Shown piece after piece: positions 1-12,099 of a stretch of DNA of 62,000 nucleotides. The translations under genes were made by a program, and so were the position numbers. The stretch comes from Chiloscyllium plagiosum (taxonomy: Eukaryota): positions 11,127,745 through 11,189,744 of the forward strand of contig NC_057749.1 of the NCBI RefSeq assembly GCF_004010195.1. The letters run 5' to 3'. The notes below the pieces were generated by a model that had not been told where the DNA came from, did no database searches, and saw nothing but the letters and a program-made list of their open reading frames with translations. The first letter of the stretch is position 1. The number at the start of each line of letters is the position of its first letter.

Positions 1-310
1 CGGGAGATGGAGCGAGAGAGAGAGAGAGAGCGAGAGAGAGAGAGAGGTGACGGAGGGACGGACGGAGTGTCGGACAGAGGAAGGGATAGACGGAAGGAGG
101 GGCAGATGGAGGGACGGATGGTTGGAGGGACAGAGTGACAGAAGGATAGACGGAGGTACGGACGAGCGGAGGGATGCTCGGATGGACGGAGGGACAGATG
201 ATGGAGGACGGATGGAGGAATGGAGGGATGGATGGAGGTACAGAGGGACAGATGGAGGGATGGATGGTCGATGGGACAGACGGAAGAACAGACGAATGGA
301 CGGAAAAAGG
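1..310. repeat. (GA)n microsatellite grading into a degenerate GGAC/GGAT purine-rich simple repeat
   Basis: Visible directly; the two ORFs over it are low-complexity artefacts. Confidence 0.9.
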
Positions 311-519
311 AAGACACTTAAGTAAGAGCAATCATCGAGTAAGGAAACTAGCCACAGTAAAAAGTAACTAAAGTTTGATAGAAAAAGTTGTAGCTGAACA
401 TTGGGTGATTTTTAAGGAATTGCTGGTTTCGGGTATAGGTAAGGTGAATTCTAAAAGAAGAACAAATTAGAAAACGGAAGTTAGGGATGCTTGCATGACC
501 AATGAGATAAAGATGACAG

Positions 520-1796
520 TAAAATGAAAGAAAATGTGTACAAATGTTTGGGTACGAATGTGTTAGAATTCTTTGAAGAGATAACTAGTAGGTTAGACAA
601 GGGAAACCCATCGGGTGTTATCTATCTAGACTTCCAAAAGGCCTTTGATAAGGTGCCTCACAAGAGGCTGCTGAGTAAGGTGAAAGCCCATGGTGTTCAA
701 GGTGAGCTACTGGCATGGATTGAGGATTGCTGTCTGACAGAAGGCAGAGAGTTGCGATAAAAGGTTCTTTTTCGGAATGGCAGCCGGTGACAAGTGGGTG
801 TCCCACAGGGTTCAGTGTTGGGGCTGCAGCTGTTCACTTTATATATTAATGATCTGGATGAAGGGACTGGGGGCATTCTAGCAAAGTTCGCTGATGATAC
901 AAAGTTAGATGGATAGGCAGGTAGTTCTGAGGAGGTGGGAAGGCTGCGGAAAGAGTTAGACAGTTTAGGAGAAAGGTCCAAGAAATGGCTGATGAAATTC
1001 AATGTGAGCAAATGCGAGGTCTTGCACTTCGGAAAAAAGAACACAAGCAAAGACTATTTTATAAACTGAGAAAATTCATAAAGTCAAAGTACAAAGGGAT
1101 CTGGGAGTGTAGTACTGGATTTTCTAAAGGTTGACTTACAGGTTGAGTCCGTGGTTAAGAAAGCAAATGTAATGTTTCAAGAGGGTTGGAATGTGAAAGC
1201 AGTGAGGTGGTACTACGACTTGATAAAGCTCTGGTTGGGCCGCTTTTAGAATACTGTGTCCAGTTTTGGGCCCCACACTTCAGGAAGGACATACTGGCAC
1301 TGGTGCGTGTCCAGCGGAGATTCACACGGATGATCCCTGGAATGGTAGGCCTAACATAGGATGAGCGGCTGAGGATCCTGGGATTGTATTTATTGGAGTT
1401 CAGACGGTTGAAGGGAGATCTAAAAGAAACTTACAAGATAACACAAGGCTTAGAAAAGGTGGATGCTGGGAAATTGTTTCCATCAGGCGGGGATACTAAG
1501 ACTCGTGGGCACAGCCTTAGAATTAGAGGGGGTCAATTTAGAACGGAAGTGAGAAGACATTTCTTCAGCCAGAAAGTGGTGGGCCTGTGGAATTCACCAC
1601 AGAACGCAGTGGAGGCCGGGACGTTAAATGTTTTCATGATAGAGATTAATAAATTCTTAAACTCGCAAGGAATTAAGAGATACAGGGAGAGTGCGGGTAA
1701 GTGGCGTCGAAATGCCCATCAGCCATGATTGAATGGCAAGAGTGGACTCAAAGGGCCGAATGGCCTTACTTCCACTCCTATGTCTTATGGTCTTAA
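520..1796 (+). mobile_element. CR1-clade LINE, 5'-truncated ORF2 (RT) plus 3' end, decayed
   Basis: [22 protein letters not shown] and FADDTK motifs; C-terminal TRGHSL..FFSQKVVGLWN; ends in tcttatgg-type tail. Confidence 0.93.
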
Positions 1797-2183
1797 CAGA
1801 GGGACCTTGGAGTTCAAGTGCATGGTAGTCTGAAAATGGAGTCACAGTTAGACAGGGCAGTGAAGAAGACTTTTGGCACACTGGCCTTCATCATTTAGGG
1901 CATTAAGTGTAGAAGTTGGGAAGTTATGTTGCAGAGTTGTACAGGATGTTGATGAGGCTGCACTTAGAGTATTGTGTTCAGTTTTGGTCACCTTGCTGTG
2001 GGGAGGATGTTATTAAACTGGAAAGAGTGCGGAAGAAATTTGTAAGGATGTTGCCAGGACTCAGGAGACTGTGATATGGGCCAAGTGCAGGGAAATGGGA
2101 TTAGCATGGATGGACATTTTGGTCAGGATGGACCAGTTTGAGCCAAAGGGCCTGTCTCTTTGCTATAGGACTCTATGACTCTA
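1797..2183 (+). mobile_element. CR1 3' fragment
   Basis: LEYCVQFWSP-like coding remnant and ctctatgactct tail. Confidence 0.8.
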
Positions 2184-2364
2184 AGTTACTGACTTTTGGA
2201 GAGCTGTTTGCTCTCTCCTCAAGATGCTGACTGTTGGAGTACAGTTTGTGCTCTTCTCAAGTTTGCCTTCTCAAGGTTCGGACTTGGGGAAGAGTTCCCC
2301 TATCAAATTGCTGATTGTTGAGATAGAGCTTGCCCTCTCCTCTGCTGACTGGTGGCATACAGTC

Positions 2365-2845
2365 CTGGTGGCGATTGGAGTGTTGAGGTTCAAGGGTGGA
2401 GGTGTGGGAAGTGGAGGAGATGCGGTGGAGAGCATCGTCGACCACGTCGGAGGGGAAATATCAGTCTTTGAAGAAGGAGGCCATTTGAGTAGTTCGGTAG
2501 TGGAATTGGTCCTCTTGGGAGCAGATGAGGCGAAGGAATTGGGAATATGGGATGGCGTTTTTACAGGGTGCAGGATGGGAGGAGGTGTAATCTAGGTAGC
2601 TGTGGGAGTCGGTCAGTTTGTAGTAAATGTCTGTGTTGAGTCGGTTGCCCGAGATAGAATGGAGAGGTCTAGGAAGGGGTGGGAGAAGTCTGAGACGGTC
2701 CAGGTAAATTTGAGGTTGGGGTGGAAGGTGTTAGTAAAGTGGATGAACTGTTCAACCTCCTCGTGGGAGCATGAGGGAGCACCAAAACAATCATCGATGT
2801 AGCGGAGGAAAAGGTGGGGGGTTGTGCCAGTGTAGCTGCAGAAGA
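2365..2845 (-). mobile_element. Penelope-like element RT fragment
   Basis: Minus-strand FLRYIDDCFG...FHPNLKFTW...PFLDLSI, typical of PLE reverse transcriptase. Confidence 0.85.
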
Positions 2846-5665
2846 AGGTAGGACCATTCAAGGATAAAGGAAGGAACTTGCACATGGAGGCAAAGCATGT
2901 AGGCGAGATTCTAAATGAATACTTTGCATTGGTATTCACCCGGGAAAAGGACATGGAGGATAGTGAAATTTGAGTGGAGCATGCTAATATGCCAGGGCAT
3001 TTTGAGATTAAGAAAGAAGTGGTGTTGGGTCTCTTGAAGAGCACTAAAGTAAATAGGTCCACAGGGTCCGATAGTATCTACCCCAAGTTACTGGGAGAGG
3101 CAAGAGAGAAGATTGCTGGGGTCTTGACCAAGATCTTTGCATCCCCATTAACCACTGGAGAGATCCTGGAATAATGGCAAGTAGCTAATGCTGTTCCTCT
3201 GTTTAAGAACGGAAATAGGGACAATTCAGGAAACTGTAGACCGGTGAGTCTCACACTGGTGGTTGTGAAGCTAACTGAGAGAATTCTTAGTGAAGAGATT
3301 TACGCACATTTAGAAAAGCATGGCCTAATTAGGGACAGTCACCGTGGTTTTGTGCAGGACAGGTCACATCTTACTAACTCAATTGAATTTGTCAAGATGG
3401 TGACAAAGGTGAGCAATGAGGCTAGAGCAGTGGATGTTACCTACATAGATTTTAGTAAGGCTTTCAACAAGGTCCCTCATGGTAGGCTCATCCAGAAGAT
3501 TAAGATGCATGGGATCCAAGGTGACTTGGCTGCATGGATTCTGAATTAGTTTGCCCATAGAAAGCAGAGGGTAGTGGCAGAAGGGTGATTTTCAAGGAGG
3601 TCCATGACTAGTTGTGTTCTGCAGGCAACTATACTGGGACCTCTGCTGTTTGTGATTTATATAAATGACTTGGATGAAAATGTAGATGGATGGGTTAGTA
3701 AATGGACAGACAATACAAAAATGAGTGGAGTTGTGGATAGTGTAGAATGTTATCAAAGGATACTTCAGGATACAATCAGTTGCAGATATAGGTGGAGAAA
3801 TGGCAGGTGAAGTTTAATTTGTGACAGTGTGATGTCTTGCACTTTGGGAGATCAAATGTTAAGGAAAAGTATATAGTTAATGGCAGGACCCTGAACAGCA
3901 TTTATGTATTTAGGGATCTTGGAGTTCAAGATCCCCATGCAGCTCCTTAAAGTGACAACACAAGTGGATAGAGTAGTAAAAGTGTGGGCAAAGTCTTAGA
4001 GAGAATTGTAAGGGATAGGATTTATGAACATCTGGATAGGAATAATGTGATCAAGGATAGTCAGCATAGTTTTGTGAAGGGCAGGTCGTGCCTCACAAAC
4101 CTTATTGAATTCTTTGAGAAGGTGACTAAGGAGATGGATGAGGGGAAAGCGGTAGATGTGGTATATATGAATTTTAGTAAGGCGTTTGATAAGGTACCCC
4201 ATGGTAGACTACTGCAAAAAACACGGAGGTATGGCATTGAGGGTGAGTTGGAGGTTTGGATTAGGAATTGGCTGGATGGAAGAAGACAGAGGGTAGTAGT
4301 TGATGGCAAAGTTTCTTCATGGAGTGCCGTCACTAGCGGTGTTCCGCAAGGATCTGTTTTGGGACCATTGCTGTTTGTCATTTTTATAAATGACCTGGAA
4401 GAGGGGTTAGAAGGTTGGGTAAGCAAGTTTGCGGATGATACGAAAGTCAGAGGAGTTGTTGACAGTGAGGAAGGATGTGGCAGGTTACAGCAGGATATAG
4501 AGAAGCTGCAGAGCTGGGCAGAAAGGTGGCAAATGGAATACAATGTAGCTAAGTGTGAGGTGATTCACTTTGGGAAGAATAACAAAAAGATGGGGTACTG
4601 GGCTAATGGTCGGATACTTGGTAGTGTGGATGAGCAGAGGGATCTTGGTGTCCATGTACACAGATCTCTGAAAGTTGCCACCCAGGTAAATAGTGCGGTG
4701 AGAAAGGCATATGGCGTACTGGCTTTTATTGGTAGAAGAATTGAGTTCCGGAGCCCTGAGGTCATGATGCAGTTGTATAAGACTCTGGTGCGGCCGCATC
4801 TGGAATATTGTGTGCAGTTTTAGTCGCCATACTATAGGAAGGATGTNNNNNNAGGGTGGTGCGTGTGTGGAATGAGCTGCCAGAGGAAGTGGTGGACTCT
4901 CCCTCATTATGGGCATTTAAGCGGGCATTGGATAGGCATATGGAGGATAGTGGGCTAGTGTAGGTTGGGTGGGCTTGGATCGGCGCAACATCGAGGGCCA
5001 AAGGGCCTGTACTGCGCTGTACTCTTCTATGTTCTATGTTCTATAAAGAAGGCATTTGGCCTTTACTGATCAGAGAACTGTGTGCAAGAGTCAGGATGTC
5101 ATTCTTCAGCTTTATAAGACTTTGGTCAGGCCACACCTAGAATATTGCATTCAATTCTGGTCGCCACACTACAGGAAGAGTGTGAAGGCTTTGGAGAGGG
5201 TTCAGAAGAGGTTTAGCAAGATACTGCCTGGATTAGAGAGTATGAGCTAGAAGGAGAGGCTAGAAAACTCGGGTTGTTTTCTCTGGAGCAGCGGAGACTG
5301 AGAGGATACTTGATTAAGTCTGTAAAATTATTAGATGCATAGATATGGTTCATGGTCAGAATCTTTTCCCCCCAGAATTGAAATGTCTACAACTGGGGGA
5401 GGGGGGGCGGGGGGCATGCATTTAAGGTGAGGGGTGAAAGTTCAAAGGAGCTGTGAGGGGCAAGTTTTTTTTTCCACACAGAGAGTGGTAGGATTCTGGA
5501 GTGCGCTGCTGGGGTGGTGGTGAAGGTAGGGGCATTTATGGGGCTTTCAGATGAAAGCATGAATAAGCTAGGTATGAAGGGATCAGTATAATTTAGTGTC
5601 ATTTTCGGCATAACATAGTGGGTCGAAGGGCCTGTTCCTGTGCTGTATTGTTTTACATTCTATAT
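2846..5665 (+). mobile_element. Old CR1 ORF2, split by a younger CR1 at 3983-5044
   Basis: RT motifs with stops; the host sequence gtagtaaa|agaaggcatttggc resumes after the insertion. Confidence 0.85.
3983..5044 (+). mobile_element. Younger CR1 RT fragment with a 279-aa open frame (3984-4823)
   Basis: [34 protein letters not shown]; (ttctatg)n tail. Confidence 0.93.
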
Positions 5666-6264
5666 TACAGAGGTGGTGGTACTGGACGTCTTAAAACACA
5701 TAAAGGTGTATCCAAGAACTTTGTGGGAAGCTAGGGAAATGATTGTTGGGCCTTTTGTTGAGATATTTGTATCATCACAGCCATAAGTATGGTGCCATTA
5801 TTTCAGAAAACTGCCAGGAAAAGCCAGGGAAATATAGACCAGTGAGCCTGACAAGTTGTGGTGGATATGTTGTTGGAGGGGATTCTGAGGGATAGGATCC
5901 ACAGGTCTTTGGAAAGGCAAAGACTGATTAGGGATAGTCAACATGATTTCATGCATGGAAAAACTTGATTGAGTTTTTTGAAGAAGTAACAAAGACTACT
6001 GATGAAGGCAGAGCTGAGGATGTTGTCTATATGGACTGCAGCAAGGCATTCGACAGGTTCCTCATGGTAGACTGGTTCGCAAGGTTAGATCACATGGAAT
6101 CCAGGGAGATCTAGCCAATTGGATATAAAACTGGCTTGAAGGTAGGAGACAGAGGATGGTGGTGGAGGGTTCCTTTTCAGACTGGAAGCCTGTGACCAGC
6201 GGTGTGCCACCAGGATTGGTTCTTGACATTTATAAACATAATTAGAATGTGAATACCAGAAGAA

Positions 6265-7665
6265 TAAGGACAGAACAACTAGGAGCAGGAGTAGGCTGTC
6301 TGGCCCTTCGAGCCTGCTCCACCATTCAATAAGATCATGGCTGATCTTTTTGTGGACTCAGATCCACTTACCAGAGCTCTCACCGTATCCTTTAATTCCT
6401 TTACTGTTCAATAAATATCTACCTTTGCTTTAAAAACATTTACTGAAGTAGCATCAACTCCTTCACTGGTCAGGAAATTCCATAGATTAACAACCCTCTA
6501 GGTGAAGAAATTCCTTCTCAATTCAGTCCTAAATCTGCTCCTGCTAATCTTGAGTCTATGCCCTCTTGTCCAAGCTTCACCTGCCAGTGGAAACATCCTC
6601 TCTCCTTCTATGTTATCTGTTCCCTTCATAATTTTATATATTTCTATAAGATCCCCCTCAATCTTCTGAATTCCAATGAATATAATCCTAATCTAATCAG
6701 TGTCTCCTCATAAACCAACCCCCCTCAACTCCGGAATCAACCTAATAAACCTCCTTTGCACCCCTCCAGTGCCAGTACATCCTTTCTCAAGTAAGGAGAC
6801 CAAAAGTGCATGCTGTACTCCAGATGTGGAGAAAGTGAGGTCTGCAGATGCTGGAGATCAAAGTTGAAACTTTATTGCTGGAACAGCACAGCAGGTCAGG
6901 CAGCATCCAGGGAACAGGAGATTCGACGTTTCGGGCACAGGCCCTTCTTCAGGAGGGCCTGTGCCCAAAACGTCGAATCTCCTGTTCCCTGGATGCTGCC
7001 TGACCTGCTGTGCTGTTCCAGCAATAAAGTTTCAACGTACTCCAGATGTGGCCTCATCAGCATCTTGTACAGCTGCAACATAATCTCTCTGCGTTTAAAC
7101 TCAATCCCTTTAGCAATGAAGGACAAAATGCTACTTGCCTTCCTAATTACTTGTACCTGCAGACCAACCTTCTGTGATTCATGCGCAAGGACACCCAGGT
7201 CCCTCTGCATAGCATCATGCTACAACTTTTTACCATTCAAATAATAATCATTTTTACTATTATTGTACAAAAACGTATGACTTCACATTTATTAACATTG
7301 TATTCCATCTGCCAGACCTTTGCCCACTCACTCAATGTATCTATGTTCCTCTGCAAAGTTTCACAGTTTTCTGCACACTTTACTCTGCTACTCATCTTAG
7401 TATCATCTGCAAACTTTGACACCTCACACATGGTCCCCAATTCCAAATCATCTATATAAATTGTAAATAATTGCGGTCTCAACACCAATCCCTGAGGCAC
7501 ACCACTAATCACTGATATCCAGTCAGAACAGCACTCATTTATCCCAACTCTTTGCTTCCTGTTAGTCAACCAATCCGCTATCCATGCTAATACTTTACCC
7601 CTAACGCCATAAATCCTTATCTTATGCAGCAGCCTCTTGTGCATCACCTTGTCAAGGCCTTTTGG
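6265..7665 (-). mobile_element. CR1 LINE 3' half, antisense
   Basis: Minus-strand GVPQG..PQLFTIYIDDL, SKFADDTK, RPHLEY. Confidence 0.88.
6830..7036 (-). mobile_element. Penelope-derived fold-back mini-element with hammerhead core
   Basis: 15-bp TSD gtactccagatgtgg (6815-6829 / 7037-7051); long inverted repeat; CTGAAGAAGGGCCTGTGCCCGAAACGTC on the minus strand. Confidence 0.88.
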
Positions 7666-9145
7666 AAATATGGCTAGTAAGTTTGCAGATGGCACTACAA
7701 TTTATGGTACAGTGGATGGTGAAGAAGGTTATCTCAGAGTACAGCGTGACCTTGATCAGATGGGCCAGTGAGCCGAGGCGTTGCAGATAGAGTTTAATTT
7801 AGATAAATGTGAGGTGTTACATTTTGGTAAAGCAAAGCAGGGCAGGACTTATTCACTTAACGGTGAGATCCTGGGTAGTGTTGCCGAACAAAAAGATCTT
7901 TGTCTGCAGGTGCATAGTTCCTTAAATGTGGAGTCACAGGTCAACAGGGTAGTGAAGAAAGCATTTGCAACACTTGCCTTTATTAGGCAGCACATTGAGT
8001 ATAGGAGTTTGGTTGTCATTTTGCAGCTGCACAGGACATTGGTTAGGTCACATTTGGAATACTGCATTCAATTCTAGATGTTGTTAAAGCTGAAAAGGTG
8101 CAGAAAAGATTTGCAAGGATGTTGATGGGTTGGAGGGTTTGAACTAGACAGAGGCTGAATAGGCTGGGGCTTTTCTTCTCCCAGAGTGTTGGAAGCTGAG
8201 GGATAACCTTATAGAGGTTTATAAAATCATGAGGCACATGAATAGGGTGAATAGCCAATGTCTTTCCCCATTGTAGAGTATTCCAAAACCAGAGGGCATA
8301 GGTTTAAGGTGACAGGGGAAAGATTTAAAAGGGACTTGAGGGTCAATTTTTTCATGCAAAGGGTGGTGTATGTGTGGAATGCACTGCCAGGAGTGGTGGA
8401 GGCTGGTACAATTACAACATTTAAAAAACATCTGAATGGGTACGTGAATAGCAAGGGTTTAGAGGGATAGGGGCCAAATGCTGGTAAATGAGACTAGATT
8501 AAACTAGTATATCTGGTCGATTTGGACGAGTTGGACCAAAGCGTCTATGTCCAAGCTGTACAACTCTACGATTCTATGACTAGGGGATACACATGTAAGA
8601 ATGCAATGGGATGTAAGGAATTGTGAAACAGATTAAATTGTGTTACTGAGAGCTGGCATGGGCTTAATGCGCCCAATTGTGTCTTTCTGTGTCATAATGA
8701 TGTGCAGGCTTAAGATTTTAACTAGGATAATTCAGTAATATGTTATCTATAACAAACAGAAGTTACAGAGGTTAGAAAGCAAGATAGATTATTTGGAGGA
8801 GTTTCTTTCTGATGTACACAGAGGACCCATGAAACACAATAATGACCAGCCCAGAGCATCAATACTGCCAGCAGAATGTAATCATATCACTACAAATTTC
8901 TTTTACAAATATAGTTCCAGGAAGCTATTATGGAGAAAGGATGCATAGAATTGTGACAATACAATGACAATAATAAGTATAGTTTAAAGACAGAAAAAGC
9001 ACGCAAACCTAACATTTTTCTACAAGCTGAAGTGTGCATTTTCTTCTTTATGTATTTTCTTTGTTTATAAGCAAATATCTTCATTCACTCAGGATCCTGA
9101 AAATTACACACACACACCACGTTTTCCCTATTTCAAAATACTCAC

Positions 9146-9251
9146 CTATCTAAATTTAGCCGATCAGAATGTTCTGCCCTTTCCTCAGGTGTGCGGTACA
9201 CAACAGGAATTCCAGGAGTTGATGGTGTCTCAGAAAAAATTACATGATCAC
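9146..9251 (-). CDS. LRRC49: LRRC49 internal coding exon, 106 bp, phase 1 to 2: (G)DHVIFSETPSTPGIPVVYRTPEERAEHSDRLNLD(R)
   Basis: ttctag|GT...ATAG|gtgagt splice sites; peptide resembles recalled human LRRC49 GDHINLVSSSLSSFPILQRSSEEKILYSDRLSLER just before the LRRs. Confidence 0.88.
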
Positions 9252-9277
9252 CTAGAAGACATTAATTGCACCGATTA

Positions 9278-9491
9278 CAGGGTAACCCCCATATCCGTGG
9301 GTCCTGATACCGCAGTTTCAGTTACCTGCGGTTTACCACGGCCCGAACATATTATAGGGAACCTTCCAGAACCAGGAGGCTGCGGGAAGGTATGTTTCCC
9401 ATTTAAATGAATGGGTTTGCACTCATCTGCAGTTTCAGACTTCCGTGGTAGGTCTTGGAACATATCCCCCACAGTAAGGGGAGATTACTTG
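9278..9491 (+). mobile_element. Tigger/MER44-like (Tc1-mariner/pogo) MITE
   Basis: TA on both sides; 5' CAGGGTAACCCCCATATCCGTGG..GTTTCAGTTACC and 3' GTCTTGGAACATATCCCCC..TAAGGGGAGATTACTTG resemble recalled MER44/Tigger7 ends. Confidence 0.75.
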
Positions 9492-9714
9492 TATAGAGAA
9501 ATTCACTATCTATTTAGAACTAGAGTATTAAAAGACACATTAATTGCTTTGCACACCTCATTGAATATACTTTTAAAATCCATTAAATAGATATTTCAGA
9601 ACTGACTCAATCCTTTAGGCAAGAGACAAGAGGTGAAAAAGGGGGAGAAAAAGTTATTTTAGCATTTCTTTTAAGTAAAGATAATTTTCAGCTCATGACA
9701 AAATTTATTGAAAC

Positions 9715-10260
9715 AAGAGGAGGCCTTCAGCCTCCTGAGCCTGTTTATCATCCAGTTAGATCATGGCTGATCTAAACATCAATTCCATTTGATTATCTTG
9801 GTTCCATAATTCTCAATACCCTTGCCAAACAAAGTACATTCAATCAACACCCAGCCTCAACATCTTTTTGGAGAGAGTGAATACTAGATTTCCACTAACT
9901 GTTGTATGAAGAAATGCTTCTGCCATCATTCAAGATTATTATTCCTTATCCTGAATGTTCCTCAATACAGGAAATCGTTTTATTCTCGTTTCCCCATTAA
10001 ATCCTGTGATCAGCTTAAATACATCAACAAGATCTTTGTAAAATAGGATTCCTCCATAATCTTTTGTATTCAAGGAAACAAAGGTCCAATCTGTGAAGCA
10101 AACTATTCGCTTAATTTTAAACATTTTATGTATCATTTTGAAGAATCTGTGATACTTGAGACATCTATGTATACAATAAATAAGGTTCAATGTCCAATAT
10201 TGGACATATTACTGGAAATAGGATCTAAGATGAGCTCTGCAAACTACATTCCAATTGTCT
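9715..10260 (-). mobile_element. Highly decayed CR1 3' fragment
   Basis: ggcc..tcagcc...atcatggctgatct 3'-UTR signature and DLVDVFKLITG remnant. Confidence 0.6.
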
Positions 10261-10324
10261 TAAGATAGAGGCCAAAAGTCCTTCAGCCTTTTTACAAACT
10301 GAAACAGAATGATTTATGAAGTAC

Positions 10325-10498
10325 CTGGTAAATACGGCAAAGTTCCTTGACTGTGAGATGGGGAAGGGACAGCACTACGAGAGCCCTGTCGTGACTTGCA
10401 TTTTACTGAAAGGGGAACATACGATGATACATCTCCAGCTGATACCCGCGACATTGACTCCGAGTAGTAGTGAGTTGGATCATCATGGCACATTGTGT
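10325..10498 (-). CDS. LRRC49: Probable LRRC49 exon, 174 bp, symmetric phase 1-1: (D)TMCHDDPTHYYSESMSRVSAGDVSSYVPLSVKCKSRQGSRSAVPSPSHSQGTLPYLP(G)
   Basis: tttttgtcatttacag| acceptor and CCAG|gtac donor; stop-free and in phase with both neighbouring LRRC49 exons; non-repetitive. Confidence 0.7.
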
Positions 10499-12099
10499 CT
10501 GTAAATGACAAAAACTGGATACAGCATCTTCGCGTATGCAGTTTGCTTCACTATAACTTGCGTACTTAACACACTGCTTAGTGTGAAGCTCTAACAATTT
10601 ATATTCAACTATTTTAATTGATCACTAACAAGAACTGATTTTAACTGTAACAATGAAAAAAAACATGCAATAGTCAATGATAGAAAATGTAATTGTTTAT
10701 TGTATTTCTCATTTTTTGTTTGTTGAGTTCTCCTAGAGATCGAAGTCTTACTTTTCCAAGAAGCAATAATATCCAAAATTAATATTAGCATTTGATTTAC
10801 TGGAATCCAAAGTGCCTCAGCAATTTTGTACTGAACTATTCCCTTACATTTTAATATGAATTTCCATTACATCATTAGAGTTCAATAATTGAAAGATGTT
10901 TCTGATCTTCTGCTTTTTACAACTTACATTGCCGGAGTTTCCTGTGGCTATCCCCATCTCAAATAATTACGCTAATTTGTAAAATATAGGGGATGATTGA
11001 CTCTCATGGGAATATGACAATACTAAAAAATTGCGCAGTTCAATGATTGGCTTAAATTAACAAGGCAGACTTCAAATATGTGGATCTTAATATGTGGACA
11101 TCAATACTTCCAAGGAGGAAATGAATCTACACGGAAGGTCCCATCAAATTCCATTGAAGTCAAAAGACAATGTAGCGCAGTGGATACTGTTGATAGTCAA
11201 CTAGGAGTCACTGCTGAGGTGACACCATATTTATAGATAAAATTAAGGGGTAGGTTAGGAACCTGGCCAGGAAAGCATCAAAGCAGTCGTCTGCAAGTGA
11301 CAAAGGTGTAATGCACAGCAGTTTCACTGACAAATTACTGAGGAAGAGGCAGAGGTGCAAGTAATCAACCTTGGAGAGAAAGGATGTGAAGCTGGGATTT
11401 CAGTTCAAAATCCAACAAGCGGGAATCAAATCCATGACAGGTAGACAGTCTGTGACAATTGATGATGGCTTAAATTTTCCAAAGTTTGATTTGAAGAAAT
11501 TCTGGATTATTCAACACTGGACTTTGGAACAGTAGTCTTGCAATATAGAGAGAGTGGATGTCTCAGAAGGCTTTGGGAAGTGTTAGCACATCAGCTGACA
11601 TGGGAGACATTAGGCAATTGTCTGCAAAGTTAGAATGGGGTTTAAGGAGCAGAGGGTGAATTTAATGGATGAGTAAAGTGAGGATAATAGTAACAGATTT
11701 GATAACATTACAGATCAAATGAGTAAACAAATGGCAAAGAATATTCAATGGCAGAAGTGTGAAAGGATGCAAATTGGAATTCAGATTGAGGAGCAAAATA
11801 GAATGTTACAAAATAAAAAGGGAAAAGGAAGACAGATCAAGAGGTTCTCACAAACAAATTTTACAGCTGATACATTTATTAAATGTACTACCCATAGTAA
11901 TGGCAAAGGTTTGGTTGACATTAGCAACCATTTGAAAGATGCGGCAGCAGAAGCAACCTCTAACGGGGATCTTATGGTTGTGCCCAGAATGATGAGGCAG
12001 ACTACAAATTCTAACAAGAACCAGTCTATTTCAGATAAATTAATGCCAACTATCCAATATGTTGTTAAACTTCAGGGGTCACCCCTGACACTGATAAAC

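Larger units (their letters stand above)
5666..8580 (+). mobile_element. CR1 ORF2 fragment, interrupted by an antisense CR1 (~6265-7665)
   Basis: RT motifs on both sides of the insertion (..SKFADGTT, FNLDKCEVLHFG, TRGHRFKV); ctctacgattctatga tail. Confidence 0.8.

Noticed and set aside
47..371. ORFs of 92 and 65 aa
   Set aside because: Translations of a simple purine-rich repeat
9189..9410. Plus-strand ORF after an apparent ttcctcag acceptor
   Set aside because: Antisense to the LRRC49 exon and runs into a MITE; no recognisable protein
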